A stretch of DNA of 64,000 nt from Camelus ferus (GCF_009834535.1 NC_045697.1:37946001-38010000); one strand, 5' to 3'. Shown: positions 12,901 to 26,600, counted from the first letter of the stretch. The notes: generated by a model not told the origin, from the sequence alone. Program-made: numbers and translations.

Positions 12901-14347
12901 AAAATAATTTTGTAAGCATATTAATAATTTTGAATGTCATTAGGATGTCAACTTTTATTTAAAAATTATTTGTAACTCTAATCTGAGAGACTCAAAGCAG
13001 TCGTCTTAGGAATTTAGGAGCATAATAATGGCACTGACAGCCACATGCTATTAAAAATGTACTAAGGTTTCAAAACTGCTACTGAAACCAGACAATGAGT
13101 TCAAGATGGTGAGTTATCACCTGAATCAAAATCAAGGCACTATGGGTTTTTTCCCCTCAAATAACCCTGAATCATTTCTGACTAAAAGAAGCATTGAAAC
13201 TGTGAAGGATAATATAAAGATTCCAACAAATCCTAAAAGTTAAAATTCCCACCAGTGAGAATGTTAAAAAGTGCCTAAAATATTTTGTGTGCAAATTTTA
13301 CTCCTATAACTGAAACATTCTTGAAATTACTTTCAGGCTTGCTGAAAACCGTTCATACAACTATTTCCAACTATGAACTAGATCAAAATATGTGATCAAA
13401 ACTCCTAACCATCTAAAATAAAGCAGTGCAAATCCTATTTTCAAACATAATTGAAAAATAATGAAATGAGGGATATTTCTGAGTAACTTGAACATCCTGT
13501 TTCAAATAATTTAACCTGAAAAAAAAAAATCCATTCCCAGCAGCACATCATACCTCACTGAACAAACTGTGACATCACAGCCAAAGTATGAACAAAAAAA
13601 GACTTGTGCCCCGGAAGAGTGAACAGAACACTATCATACTGTAAACAAAAGGAAACAGAGGATGTATTAGTTTGCACATGGCATCAGAATCTAAGGAAAT
13701 GTACTCATACCTAAATAGGAGATAATGCTTTCATGCAGCATACAAAATGTTTTGCTTTCTCTCCTTTTATCCAGACATATACATAAAATTCTTTTTACAG
13801 CATCTGTACATAGAGAATTTGAACTCACACAACATTCTAAAATTAATTACTATTCCATCATTACCTGAAAAGGGAGAGGGTATGGGGAAGGGGGCCTACT
13901 GATTCTACTGGACTGTCTTCATGGCATCATTGTAAGCAAACCCCTGACGTGGCAGTGGTGTGTCCTCTGTAACACTTGAAAACAGGCATAGAACCACTAA
14001 AAGTTATCAACATTGTAAGTGCCTTTCTGATTCACTGGAGGTCATATTTCATAGCTGAGCTTCTTAACATTTGGCAATATACTCTTTTTTCCACCAAAAA
14101 CTATCTGGGCAAGTAAAAACACTGTCAGAATTGGCTATGGCCCTATGACCGTCTCTTGCTCGCTGGTATTGAATGTGTTATCTGCAGTCCTAGGCAGCAT
14201 TTTCCCTGCTAACTAATTCCAGGAACTAGAACACTCAACACTGCATCTCATGAAACCACTGGAACTTCCCATCCCATCCTCAGCTCATCTGAACAGCTCT
14301 TCGCGGGCCACCCCTTTCCTCCCTCGAGGACAGAGGAAGCACGCGCG
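6930..14347 (-). other. CLOCK: CLOCK long 3' UTR (~7.4 kb), distal AATAAA at 6950-6955 (minus strand)
   Basis: Largely repeat-free sequence downstream of the stop codon; minus-strand AATAAA with GU-rich sequence downstream; size consistent with the known long mammalian CLOCK 3' UTR. The end position is inferred. Confidence 0.6.
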
Positions 14348-14536
14348 CTACTGCGGCTGACCCTTGGACGGATCCGTCACACTGTCAGTCCTGTGCCGAC
14401 TCCGCTGCTGCTGCTGCTGCTGCTGCTGAGACTGGTGCTGCTGGTGATGCGGCTGAGGGAGCGCGCTCTGCTGCAGTGGAAATGCAGCAGAGAGGATGAG
14501 CTGAGCTGAAGGATTCCCATGAAGCAGCCGAGAAGT
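14348..14536 (-). CDS. CLOCK: CLOCK last coding exon ([37 protein letters not shown]8[18 protein letters not shown])
   Basis: Poly-T acceptor tract ending in tag at 14537-14539; TAG stop at 14350-14348. Confidence 0.95.
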   Translation of the reverse strand, partial: TSRLLHGNPSAQLILSAAFPLQQSALPQPHHQQHQSQQQQQQQQRSRHRTDSVTDPSKGQPQ

Positions 14537-17500
14537 CTAAAAAAAAAAAAAGGATCACACAACACCACTTTACCCCCCATTACACTTTCTACATTAAGAT
14601 TTACTCAAGTTCTCCACTCTCCAGAGGGACAAAAATCTGTACAAATGTTTTGCTTTCTTATTTAAAAATAGTATTTTGGAAAATGCTTATGAGGCTTTCC
14701 CTCTTTTTGAAAGAGGGAATTTCATTTTTTGAAGAAATCTGAGGTAGTGATTTTATGGTACAGAAAGCAATCTATGTCTTGAGAAAAACCACAAATATTC
14801 TTTTACTTTATATGTCCTAAAGATGACAATTCTAAACCTAAACAGATGACACAATTTAAGCATAGCTAAGAGCACAGAAACATGAACATTCTGGGGTCAA
14901 GCAGACAATGCAAAGCTTTGTGGTTGGTTAGAGCAGCAGTTCAGTGGCCAAGAGAATGGGTCCTGAGATACACTGCCTGGGTTTCAAACTCTGGCTGCTC
15001 TGTTTACCAGATTGTGACTTGGTCAAGCTATTTACTTCCCTGGGTCTCAGTTTCTTCATTTACAAAATAAGGATAATCACAGTACCTCCCACATGAGGTT
15101 TTTATGAAAATTAAATATCAATATTATTATTTAAAAGTACCATAAAAGAGCAAAGTTAGAAACTTATGTCCCATACGTAGCAGTGTGGTGTAACAAAAAC
15201 AAAACAAGATCAGAAACAGGATCTGAAGTCAGAAGCCCTGGATTTGAGTTCTGCTCTGCCACTGACTAGCGGTGTGACCTCAGGCAAGCGTCAGCTCTGA
15301 GCCTCCGTCTCTTTCACCTGATTTCTCCTGCTAGAAACACAAAGGAAACTAGTCAAAAGAAGGTGGATTTTGTAAATGACAGTCTCCTCATTTACTGACA
15401 AGCGTAACTTCAGACAGGATTCCTAGTTTTAAAATCAAACTGTGATGGGTGATTTTTGCAAACGTCTATAAAGGATGCCTGCACAAATACACAAAAGGAC
15501 AGATCCTTGAAACTTACCTTTGCTAAGGACCTAGAGAAATTTTCTTTTTCTCTTTGTTACTAGGAAAAACTGTTGTAAGATGAAGACCACAAGATACTCA
15601 GGAGCCTTACAGGATTAAAACAGAGTTTTGTTTTGGAACCAGGAGTTTTATAACCAGAAAAGCCAAATTATGTATTTCTATCTATGAGTGTATTTCTAAA
15701 GGGCATTGTCTACCTTATTTCTTTCAGGGTCCCAGGTCTTTGGAATGTTTTTTAAGAAGTAGAAGAGAATGCTCATTTCCTTTAAGGGCTTTCATTCCCT
15801 GAGAGACTCAGAAAACTGAAATCTTAAGGCAAGCCTTCTCCCTTCTGAAGCTTTTGCTTAGTTCTCATTGAATATATTTCCCCTAGATAATAGTTTATAA
15901 CTTGTTATAAATTCTTATCATTAATTCCTTTATAACAATAACAAACCTAGTCATTAATGGCTGCACTATAGGCCTAAGGTCTAAAGGACTGTATGACTCT
16001 CAGAGATATTTAGGCAACTAGCCTGTTTTAGTTTCCCACATCACCAAGTTAAGAATTATGTTTGCACCAACACCAATGGTGATAAAGTAATACTGTATTT
16101 ATGCTGGGTATACAGTACAATACTAAATCTTCTAATCAAACCATGTGTTGTATAACTTTAAACTGATAATGTACCTGGCACACATGGAATGGTATCCAGC
16201 ACAAGTCAAGGCTTAGCCTACATTCAAGACTACTGGTTTTAGACCAGTAGGGAAAAAAAACAGATTTCCAGATGTCATAATCTGCTCCTATGTACCCCCA
16301 GTGAGGGTAGTGAGGTCTGGAAATCTGTCCTGCTCACTTCCTTGCTGACAATCCCAATCTAGGTGACTTTCTTCTGTATCCTTTAGGTAAGTAGATCCTG
16401 TCTGGTATACCTACATGAGATCTGTGTTTACATTTGGGTTAATCTGAGTGTCTATTACACTGAGCAAGACAGTGGTCATAAATGACAGCTAGTTATGTGC
16501 CTTATATTATGCTCACTGATTCACATGCACCCTTTACCCATGAGATATTAATTATTAGCATCACCATATGGTAGATGAGGGAACTAAATTTCAGCAAATT
16601 AAGGAAACTGCCAAAGGTCACACAGTATGGATGCAGCAGTGACTCAATTTCAGAGCAGACTGACTTTTGAGTCCAAGTTCTTAACTACGACATGTGCCTC
16701 CACAGTATTTCTCCTCTGATATTAATTTACAATTGAAAAGTTATTATAAAATTTAATCCAACAAAATAACTTATGATAATATCTATACTAATTATTTTTC
16801 CCCCTTTTCAGTTTTATTGGGTAGAATTATTAGTTTGCACATACACATTATATTGCATGTAAATATATATATAATATACTACACTTTTTTTTAGTTTACA
16901 TATGTGTACTGAGCATTGTTTCTAAAAACAAGATTAGAGCTTTAGCTTTAATTTTAAACTTACATAGTTATCAAAGGAATAAAGCCAACCACAAAATAAG
17001 AATCAACAGAATGCAGTAATCCAATCATAAAGGACAGTCAAATGTGCTTACACATATTCAAGAAATCTATACTAATTGTTTTTAAAATCCCTTTTGATAC
17101 CTCTGCCCTGTAGAGAGCACAGCCTGCTGAGCTGCTAGAGAAAGGAAGAGAAGAAAGGTGAATTCCAGAAACTCTAGCCAGAGAGAGCTCTACATAACCT
17201 GCCTTGATGTGGGCAGGAAGCAGCCACTTTTTTCATCCAGTAGTTCAGATAACTGAGTACGTCCATGGCAGGGTTAAAAGTCTTCCAAACACAGAACAAG
17301 GGAAGAAAAAACAGCCAAATGGCACAAGCTTTCTGTCTTTATAGAAATTTAACTTGTACAATAAGCTTTTATGGATTTTTCAGATCATTTACACAGCTGT
17401 TCATTTAATCCCTAATTTCATTTTGTAAAAGTAAACGGGCCTGGGACAGCATCCCCCCGGGGAGAATTACCTGTAAAAACTGCTGCGGTGGTTGAGTCAG

Positions 17501-17550
17501 GTGAGCCTGAGATGGTTGCTGGACAGGAGGGAGCTGCTGCTCCTGGGAGC

Positions 17551-17621
<71 letters not shown>

Positions 17622-20600
17622 GTGACTGACAAGCTCTGTGACTGCTGCTGCTGTGCAGCAAACGTAGGGTAGGCAGTCACCACCTGACCCATGAGCATAG
17701 CACTGGGTACCATGACCGCCCCACAAGCAACAGGAGCAGTTACTAATTTGGTCACAAGCTGCTGACCTTGAGAAAATCTGTCAAGAGGAAAGAGAGAGAA
17801 GGGGAGTCAGGAGTACAGAAGGTATACGTTATAAAAGGAAGTGGGCTGAATATTCTCTTAGGTGATCCCCATGATACCATCAATTTAGTTTTTTAAAAGC
17901 TGTAAGTTCCAGTTTTCTTAAGATCCCCTTAATGTTTTTCAAGATTCCAATGTTTTTAAAGATCCCCTTTGGGATACCAGTAAAACAAAAATGTATATAG
18001 CAAAATGAAACAATCACAAACAAAAATATAAACACTTTTTTAGATATTCACATGCAAAAGAATGAGATTTGACCTTTACACCATATACAAAAATTAACTC
18101 AAAATGGACTAAAGACTTGAACATAAACATTAAAATGATGAAACTCTTAGAAGAAAACATAAAGAAAAAGTTTCATGACAATGGACTGGGCAATGATTTC
18201 TTAGATATGACACTAAAAGCACAGGCAATAAAAGAAAAAGTTGATAAATTAGACATCAAAATTAAAAATTTTGTGTATCAAAGGACAATATCAACACAGT
18301 GGAAGGGCAACCCACAGAAGAAAACATTTGCAAATCATATCTGATAAGAGGTTAATAACCAGAAAATATAAAGCAATCTTACAACTCAGCAACAAACAAA
18401 TAATCTGATTTTAAAAACAGCCACAGGTCTTGAACGCCATTTCTTCAAGGAAGATATACAAATGGTCAATAAGCACATGAAAAGATGCTCAACATCACTA
18501 ACCATTAGGGAAATGCAAATTAAAAACACTATGTTATGCCACTTTACACCCATTAGGATGGCTATTATCAAACAAATAGAAAGTAGCCCTGTTGACAAGG
18601 ATGTGGAGAAATCAGAATCTTTATGCACTGCTGGTGGGAATGTAAAGTAGTTCACCCACTATGGAAAACAGTAATGGTGGTTTCTCAAAAGAATTAAAAA
18701 TACACTACCATATGATCCAGCAATTCCACTTCTGGGTATGTACTCAAAAGAACTGAAAGCAGGGACTCAAATAGATATTTGTATACCCATGTTCATTCAC
18801 AATAGCCAAAAGATGGATGCAACGCAGGTATCCATCAAAAGATGAATGGGTCGATAAAATGTGGTATATACACACGATGGAATATTATATAGCCTTAAAA
18901 ATGAATGAAATTCTGACACACATTACAACAGGGATGAACCCTGTGGACATTACAAGTGAAATAAGCCAGTCAGAAAAGGCATACATTGTATGAGTCCATT
19001 TATATGAGGTATCCAGAGTAGTCAAATTCATGGACTTATGTGCTTAGAAAGCAGAATGGTGGTTTACAGGAGCTAAGGGGAGGAGAAATGGGGGAGTTAT
19101 TGTTTGATGGGTACAGATTTTCAGTTTGGGAAGAAGAAAAAAGTTCTGGAGATTGACAGCAGTGATCATCACAACGGTGTGAATGTACTTATGCCAATGA
19201 ACAGCCATGTGAAAATGGTTAACACTGTAAATATGTATACTTCATCACAATAAAACAATTTTTAAACCTGTTAAAAATACCAACTTTTTTCTTTTTATAA
19301 AATTTCTAGATACTTGGGAGTCAGATATATTGCTAATTAAAATAAACTTAAAGCTGTCACAGAATTTAAAAAACTCTAGGTTTATAGAAGATATTTACAA
19401 TGCAAGTTGTATCTTATAATTCAAAACAAAATGACATTCTAACAGTACATAAAACTACTCTCAATTTACAAATTTATTAACAACATAGTACACATTGTGT
19501 TAGAATTCACTAATACTGCCTCTCACCCACCTTTCTTCTTCCATATTCTTTAATAAAAGAACAACAACAAAAAAATGATGCCTCTTCAGGGAATAATATT
19601 AATTCTATCTGCCATTTCTGTGAGACAAAGTTAGTTTCTAACATTGGCCATTACAGTGAGAAAATTGAGATATGACATTACTGTAGACTTAGCATGACAC
19701 AACGACAATCACAAACTGTTTAAACGTACCTAACTGTATTAGACTGAGCACAGGCATATACTTTATTATTTATATGTTCCACAAAACAAATCTATTTTGA
19801 ATCCATGCCAAATTTTGAAAATAAAATACTGTATTTTTATATACTTCAGGGCCAAATGTATTATTTAATGCAAAAATCTATATAAAAGAATAAAAAATGC
19901 GCATATAAAGAAAGCCCAAAGAAATAAGTAACATTTACAATATGGCTTAGTCACAGAAGTGCTAAGTACTAATTTCTTTGTAATCTGGAAAGAGATTAAT
20001 GTCTGAATTGCCCAACTGCCCACTGGTAAACTGTAATGAGAGTACTTCATTCATTTCTGGCACCAAAAGACATTCTGCAACCTACTTTGTCTTAACTCTC
20101 ACTTCTGTGGCTTTGAATATACTGCTCCCTCTGCCTAGAACACCCTCCCTGGACTCTCCGCCACATGCACACCCAAAGCCAAGCTCTTTAAAGACTCAGG
20201 CCAGTATTTCCTCCGTGAAGCTTCCCCTGACCACACTCCTCTCTTCACCTGCTTGCCTCATCCCATAAAACTGCTTACTTCTTCCTTTCTAAAGACTTAG
20301 TATTTATCACATCAAATAATACTGATTTGTTTACCTCTCTTTGGCTTTTACTAGTCTGATCTATCTCCTGGGACAAGGAATGTGCCACGCTCATCTAAGT
20401 AGGCACTGGGAGGTTTGCTAAAATATGTTTTTTCCCTCTCTGAAAAAACAGATGTCTACAAATAATTGCTAAATTGTGTCCTCTAAAATGCATGTCAACA
20501 TTCTACATTAATGGATTTTTTTCCTCAGGCTTTAAAACTAGCCCTCTACGTTTTTATGGAGCACATTCATAATACTTCCTTTTAGAAGTAAGAGCTGAAA

Positions 20601-23600
20601 ATTGGACTTTTTAACTTGAAGGAACTGAGTTCCAAAGAGAAGCAGTGAGTTTCTCCCTGCTCTTATTCCTTCTGTGATCCTGCAGCTTCCTTACTCTCTG
20701 GAAATTACTAATAGGATTTTAATAAAATCTATTACATGGTCTAATACAACAGCAAGATTTTATTATAGCAGCAGCCTACTTATATTGTACTAAAAAACAT
20801 AAAAAATAAAATGTATTTAAAAATAGAACTTTTAAGACTATAAAAATCCTATAGTTGTTGAAAGATACCTTTTTAATATTTGAAAAGGGCATTTCTTTAA
20901 AATATTTGTTTCTAAGTCCCCTATTTGGATTTCCCACTAAAATAAGCCATAGGTGGCAGTTTTTCAAAAGAATGGCCCACAGTTTAGTGTAGTATATATC
21001 TAAGAACTTGAGCTTTGAAATGAGACACCCAGCCTTGAATTCAGATTCCCTCCCTGACCCTCTTAACTAGCTACTGGTCCTTGACTAAACTATTAAAAAC
21101 TCACTTTTTTCTTATCTGAGAAATAAAAGATCTTAATACATTTTTTAAGTAAGAATTAAATGAGATAATATTTTCTCAACACTTAGTACAGTCTTAACCA
21201 ATTCAAAAGGTGAGCTATACTTACTCTATAACAAGTATGGTGGTTATACACCCTGACCATTGTCACGACACAGAAAACTCATCAGCATCTGTACTGAAAC
21301 AAGTTTTACTGATTCAGACAAAGCCTTCTGTAAAACTTGTATAACAGTGTGCTGCGAATTTGGATTCTACAATATTTGTTGGGACATTTTTAGACAGGAA
21401 ATAACATTTCTTGTTACTCTTTTCATTATAAAGTCCTTAAACAATGGACACATTCTGTATTTCTATTTCAGATTCAAGAGTAGGCAACAAATTAAAATCA
21501 TGTTTTAAAAAATCAAAGTACTGTTTTTTAATCAATCTATTTATATCTTTGAAATGACTAAGAAATACGACAACTACCTTATCTGTCTGTCCTGAGTGAA
21601 CGTAGTTACTGCAGCACTCTGGGCACTGTTCTGTGGCATACTAGATGGAATCTGGACCATGCTTCCGGCTGCTGGCTGCGAAATCACCATAGTGTTATAC
21701 AGTGGGGCTGTAAGAGTGCTCTGTGTCTGACTGGGAAGAGATGTTTGTTGACTGTGCCCACTCAGTACATTCTGTTGACTCTGCTAGAAAAGAGAAGATT
21801 TCACAGACAGATTACCTGGAAAAAATGTATTCAAGAAGTATGCTCCTACTATTCAACATTCTGTCAATAGCTGACATGACAGAGAAAGAAATGGCAGGAC
21901 ACATTACTCTGGGAGAAAGCTAACTACAAAGGAATGACTGAGAATGAAATTAGTCTTCAATATCTTGCTGGAAGATAGGACTTCAGAAAAGGAGCATGAT
22001 CTTGACAGGGATGATATAAAATATACATGAAGAATTTCAAAAATTCTTCAAAGTGAGTGACTGACATTAGACATTTTTATATTTTTCATTTGAAGTCTTT
22101 GGATTTATACTCACAGATGCACACCAATTACTAAAATCTCCTGGAATGTTAATTAAATCATATCCTAACAATATATTCTTCACATATGGTAACACATTTC
22201 CTGGTTAGCCTGTTTTGCAAGTCAAACTCTTTTAACATACAGAAGTAGTCTGTATGTTCATTTTAAGCAAACAGCAAAAATTTTTAAATGTCGAAATACT
22301 GAAAGCATTTAACATTCAACAATTTAAGAACAACTTTGCACAAAATATTTTAATAAGCACTCACTACTACAGTCTCTGATTACTATTAAAGTTTTAAATA
22401 CGGCATTGTTCAAGATAACAGCTTTATTTTTGTTTAAGCAGCACCATACATTTCAGTCATCGAACACTCCAAAGCCCCACTGCACTTGATCATGTTACCT
22501 GACTTGATGTACTCTGTAAAGTCTGCTGCTGTATCAGATGCTGAGTTGTGCCAATGTGTCCAGTATTCATTCCACTTTGAATCTGATTAGTTTGAACCAC
22601 CTGACCTTGCATATTTATAGGTGCAAGTTGCTGGATGTTAGATGAATTTCCAGAAGAAAGTTGAACAGAACCAAAATTCAAACCAGGGGCTGATTGTTGT
22701 AAAAACATCTTTAAAAATAAAGATTATATTAAAATGAGCTTCATAAATAAAAAGAATGAAAGCATTTTTTTAAAAAAAGCAAAAGCAGCTACAAATTAAG
22801 ATTAAAAAGCAAGTAACAAGTCATTCTGAATGAACAAGCAATAAATAATTACTGCATAAAACATGGTACTTCATATTTATTCTTCCAATCATCCTAACCC
22901 TTACCATGTTTCCAATTGTCAGAAAAAGTGTTTAAATTTCAAAACTTCCACTTGTTTGACATTTTACATGTTGGAGATTATTACATCAGCCAGCATTACC
23001 CTAACATGGTGCTACTCAAAGTCAGTGGACTGGCAGCTTGGCATCACTCATATTTATAATACTTGGCATTAGACACAAGTAGTTTTCACTTAAAAGTTTC
23101 CCGTTACCAAAATCCTCACTTCCTCAAACAGACATATCTTTACAGTGGCCCTATTTGCTGACCAAATAAGACTAATCTGAATCATACCTACTGGTGTGTT
23201 ATTTTAAAAATAGCTGATGATTGACTTATAAATTCTGTACCTACTGCATGCACCTAGAAGTCTACATAAAGTATTACTTTGATATTATGGATTTAAGCTT
23301 ACTAAATATTAGACTGCTAAAGGATGACTCCAATCTGGAGAAACAATGATATTGATTGCAACACTCTTAGGAATGAATTGTCTTTTAGAGATTGTAAAAG
23401 CAATCATACTGAATAGGTAACCAATGAGTATTTTACTGAACTAAATTGATGACACGTATCTCTTGCATCTCATTTTTAATTAAGTCATTTTCTTAAGAAA
23501 CCAAAATGTGAACAGCAGGCTTTGTTTGTATTCAAATATAATAATAACTGACCTGCAGCCCTTGACCATGGACCATTTGAAGTTGTTCTTGAATTTTTCT

Positions 23601-26600
23601 TAGTTCTTCTTGTTGCCGATGAATATTTGCCTCTATCATCCGAGTTCTTTGTTCCAATTGGTCTTTCAGATGCTGCATGGCTCCTAACTGAGCTGAGAAC
23701 TGAAACTGAAGTACCATGGACAGAAAAAGTGTAACATACTTTAAAATCACTTCTCCTCCTAACTGTATAATGTGAAATGTAAGCAGCATATCACGAGCTA
23801 AGAATGCTACACCAGTTTTATATGTACTGCCTCTCAGCTCCTAATTCACCCATCTTTGCTCAACTTTGTGATACTGGAGCCGGAGCTGGAGCCTATTAAT
23901 ATTCCTTCTTTGTCAGTAGGCACAGTCACGTCAGTAGATGCTGCTGGAGGGAAATACTGCAGAGGTAGGTGCTTATCTGTCTGGGTTCTGGGTTCTGGTG
24001 CTTTTACTTCTTGCTCTGATGCCAGTGGGTAGCATCCTAGTAAGAATGTGTGTCATCAGCACTCCAGCAGGTGGTTTTCCAGCAAGTCTCACTGGCATCC
24101 CGGTGGGCAGCTGCCCAGCAAATTTTACTGATATCCCAGCGGGTGGCTTCATGTTCTTCAGCTCTAGGTGTGGCACCTCAGTGAATCTGTCTACCACCCA
24201 GCGGCTACAGCCATACCTGTCCCAATGGAATCTGAGTCTTAGCCTGGCCTGGAGGGGCAGGAGTTAGTTGGAGGTGTCTTCTGAGATGTTCCATCCTCAG
24301 TTTCTCTCTCTCTCTCTCTCTCACTTACGGTTAGTGGCTGCTCTCTACACCTGTTCTCCCTGTATTCTTTAGAATTCTCTTAAGTTAATCCCTGTTACCA
24401 GTTAATAATTTTCTGTATTATCGCTGTTAAATTTCTGGTCTGGCTTGTAACTTCTGACTGAATCTTGACTGATGACAGGATGAATAAATCACACTGGCAT
24501 TAGAAGACCTGAGCTCATATTGTGGCACTACCACTTGCTAAAGTAAGTTACTTTACTTCATTTCTACCCCTTTAACAAAGGAAAGAGTAGCTCATACCTA
24601 GTTATTCACATCAAATTCTAGAATCCCTAGAATATCCTCTTTGTGCATGTCATTAGAAAGTTACATAAGTCTGACAGATAACCAACCATAACATTTTTAC
24701 CCATATTTTCACTGCAACTGTTCTCAGACAAGTACAAAACCTAGGCTTTTAAAGACTAAGCATTTGTAAATAGGGAGTGAATAAAAGCACAGTTATTCTA
24801 CTTTCAACGTAAATAAGGTTTTCAATTTTACTTATTTCTCTATGTTTTATCTGAATTACAAGCAGCTTCTATTTACTCCTGCTTGAAACTTAGCCATATT
24901 TGATAATTTACTGCTTAAGTCTATACAGGCCCATTTAATTATTTCCATGACTATTCAGCACAAGATACAGGATAAGAGCAGAAAGAGAAACTTAATTGGA
25001 AATCTGTCTTAATCTTAAAATAGTGAATGCACCTGAAAGTGAAAAATGCCCCCCAAAAGCTTTTTTACTCTATCCTCAAAAGTTTGTATTGAGAATACTG
25101 AACATTACTTTCCAAAGTATACAACTCTGACTTCTGAAGTTGCCAATAACCAGATCATATCATACAACAGATTATAGTAAGTGTGCAGAAATCTTACAAA
25201 TTAAGTATCTTGATTTTAGTACCTTTACCTTATCATGCCTTACATTATTTTTTATCATTCAAAATGTTATATTTATGTCATACAAATATATTTTATGCCA
25301 ACTAAAGTTATCTATACCTTTAAGGAAATACTACATTGTTACCACTTAAAGGATTTCTATTAAGTACATACAGAAAAATAACAAACACAGAAGGCAAAAT
25401 AATACGAAATAAAATCACAGAACTGAGAGGCAAAGTGTTTGGCTTTATCACTGAATGAAATATGAGATCTTAAAACTTATTAACATTTCTGACATAGTAG
25501 TAGATATTTATTTCATTAAAATATTCCTTTATAATGTTAAGAAATGCTTATTCAGTATCTTCAGAGTAATGAACTAATTATATTGAAAATATGTCAAATA
25601 CTTACATAAAAATTCTGTTAATCTTCAGAATAAAAAGCATTTGAGGACTCAATGCTAATAAAAACTATTGCAACTCCAGTCACTAATAATACAGTGCTAT
25701 TTTAAATACCTAACACGATCATATGTTGTTAGAAGTCAAGATTATGACATTTAGGTAATTTATAGTATTGTCAATATATTTGTACAAGTGTCATAATTTA
25801 TAATAGCTATAATTATATATGTATAATTTAAATAACATGTAAGATAAAGGTATTTTTAGAAAAATACTGTTTCTATCTACTGTTAATGATCATTATTTGA
25901 AATTAAGATACTGTTATCTTTAAAGCCAAAACCAGAAAATTTTGGATTATTTTTACCACAACTTAGTATTTTTAATGTGTTTGAAGCACTGAATGAGTAC
26001 AGAGTCATAAATTACAAGTTGCGTGAAATTAAAATCAGAAGTGTCACTTTTGTGATACCCCTCCTTTGTCATGCTGGTTTCTGTATTTAGGCCTCCTTTG
26101 GGACACAGCCCAAGCAACAGTTCTTCCGGAAGGTCCTCCTTCAGTTCCTCAGGCTGCATGAAAAGTCCATCTAATGTGCTCACTATTAGTCTTTACACAC
26201 TGAGCACAGACTATGTAACATTGCATTGTAGTTATCTGTCATTCCCTCTAGATGCAACCAAGTCTTTTAATATAGATGTATCTGTACTGCCTGCACCTGC
26301 AGTATCTAACACAAGAAACTCAATAAATGTCTTATATATGAACAAATGAATCAATATATGAATAAAATTACTCAATTCTTCTAATATCCAAAGGAAGAAC
26401 AAAGTGAACAGCCATATTTCATCTTTAATATCTTTCTGTCTATAGTGTTTCTCAATAGGGGTTAAGCAGGATAATCCTTTGTTGTGCAAAACTGTTGTGC
26501 ATCCTAAAAGACAATTATCCCCCTTGGCCCTTGCCTGTTAAGGGGCCAATGGTACCCCAACATCATCAACAATCAAAACTATCCCAAGATATTTTAAATG

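Noticed and set aside
14377..14580. 67-aa ORF with poly-Ser
   Set aside because: Shifted frame of the CLOCK last exon, starting in the intron.
17418..17726. 102-aa ORF with a poly-Ala tract
   Set aside because: It is an alternative frame of the CAG repeat inside the CLOCK exon; no independent evidence of coding.
17912..17970. Three degenerate ~20-bp tandem units (tttt..aagat.cc..aatg)
   Set aside because: Short local slippage duplication; not CRISPR-like (no unique spacers, eukaryotic context).
23938..24267. 109-aa and 74-aa ORFs with repeated PAG motifs
   Set aside because: They lie within the degenerate internal repeats of a solo LTR; no splice or homology support.
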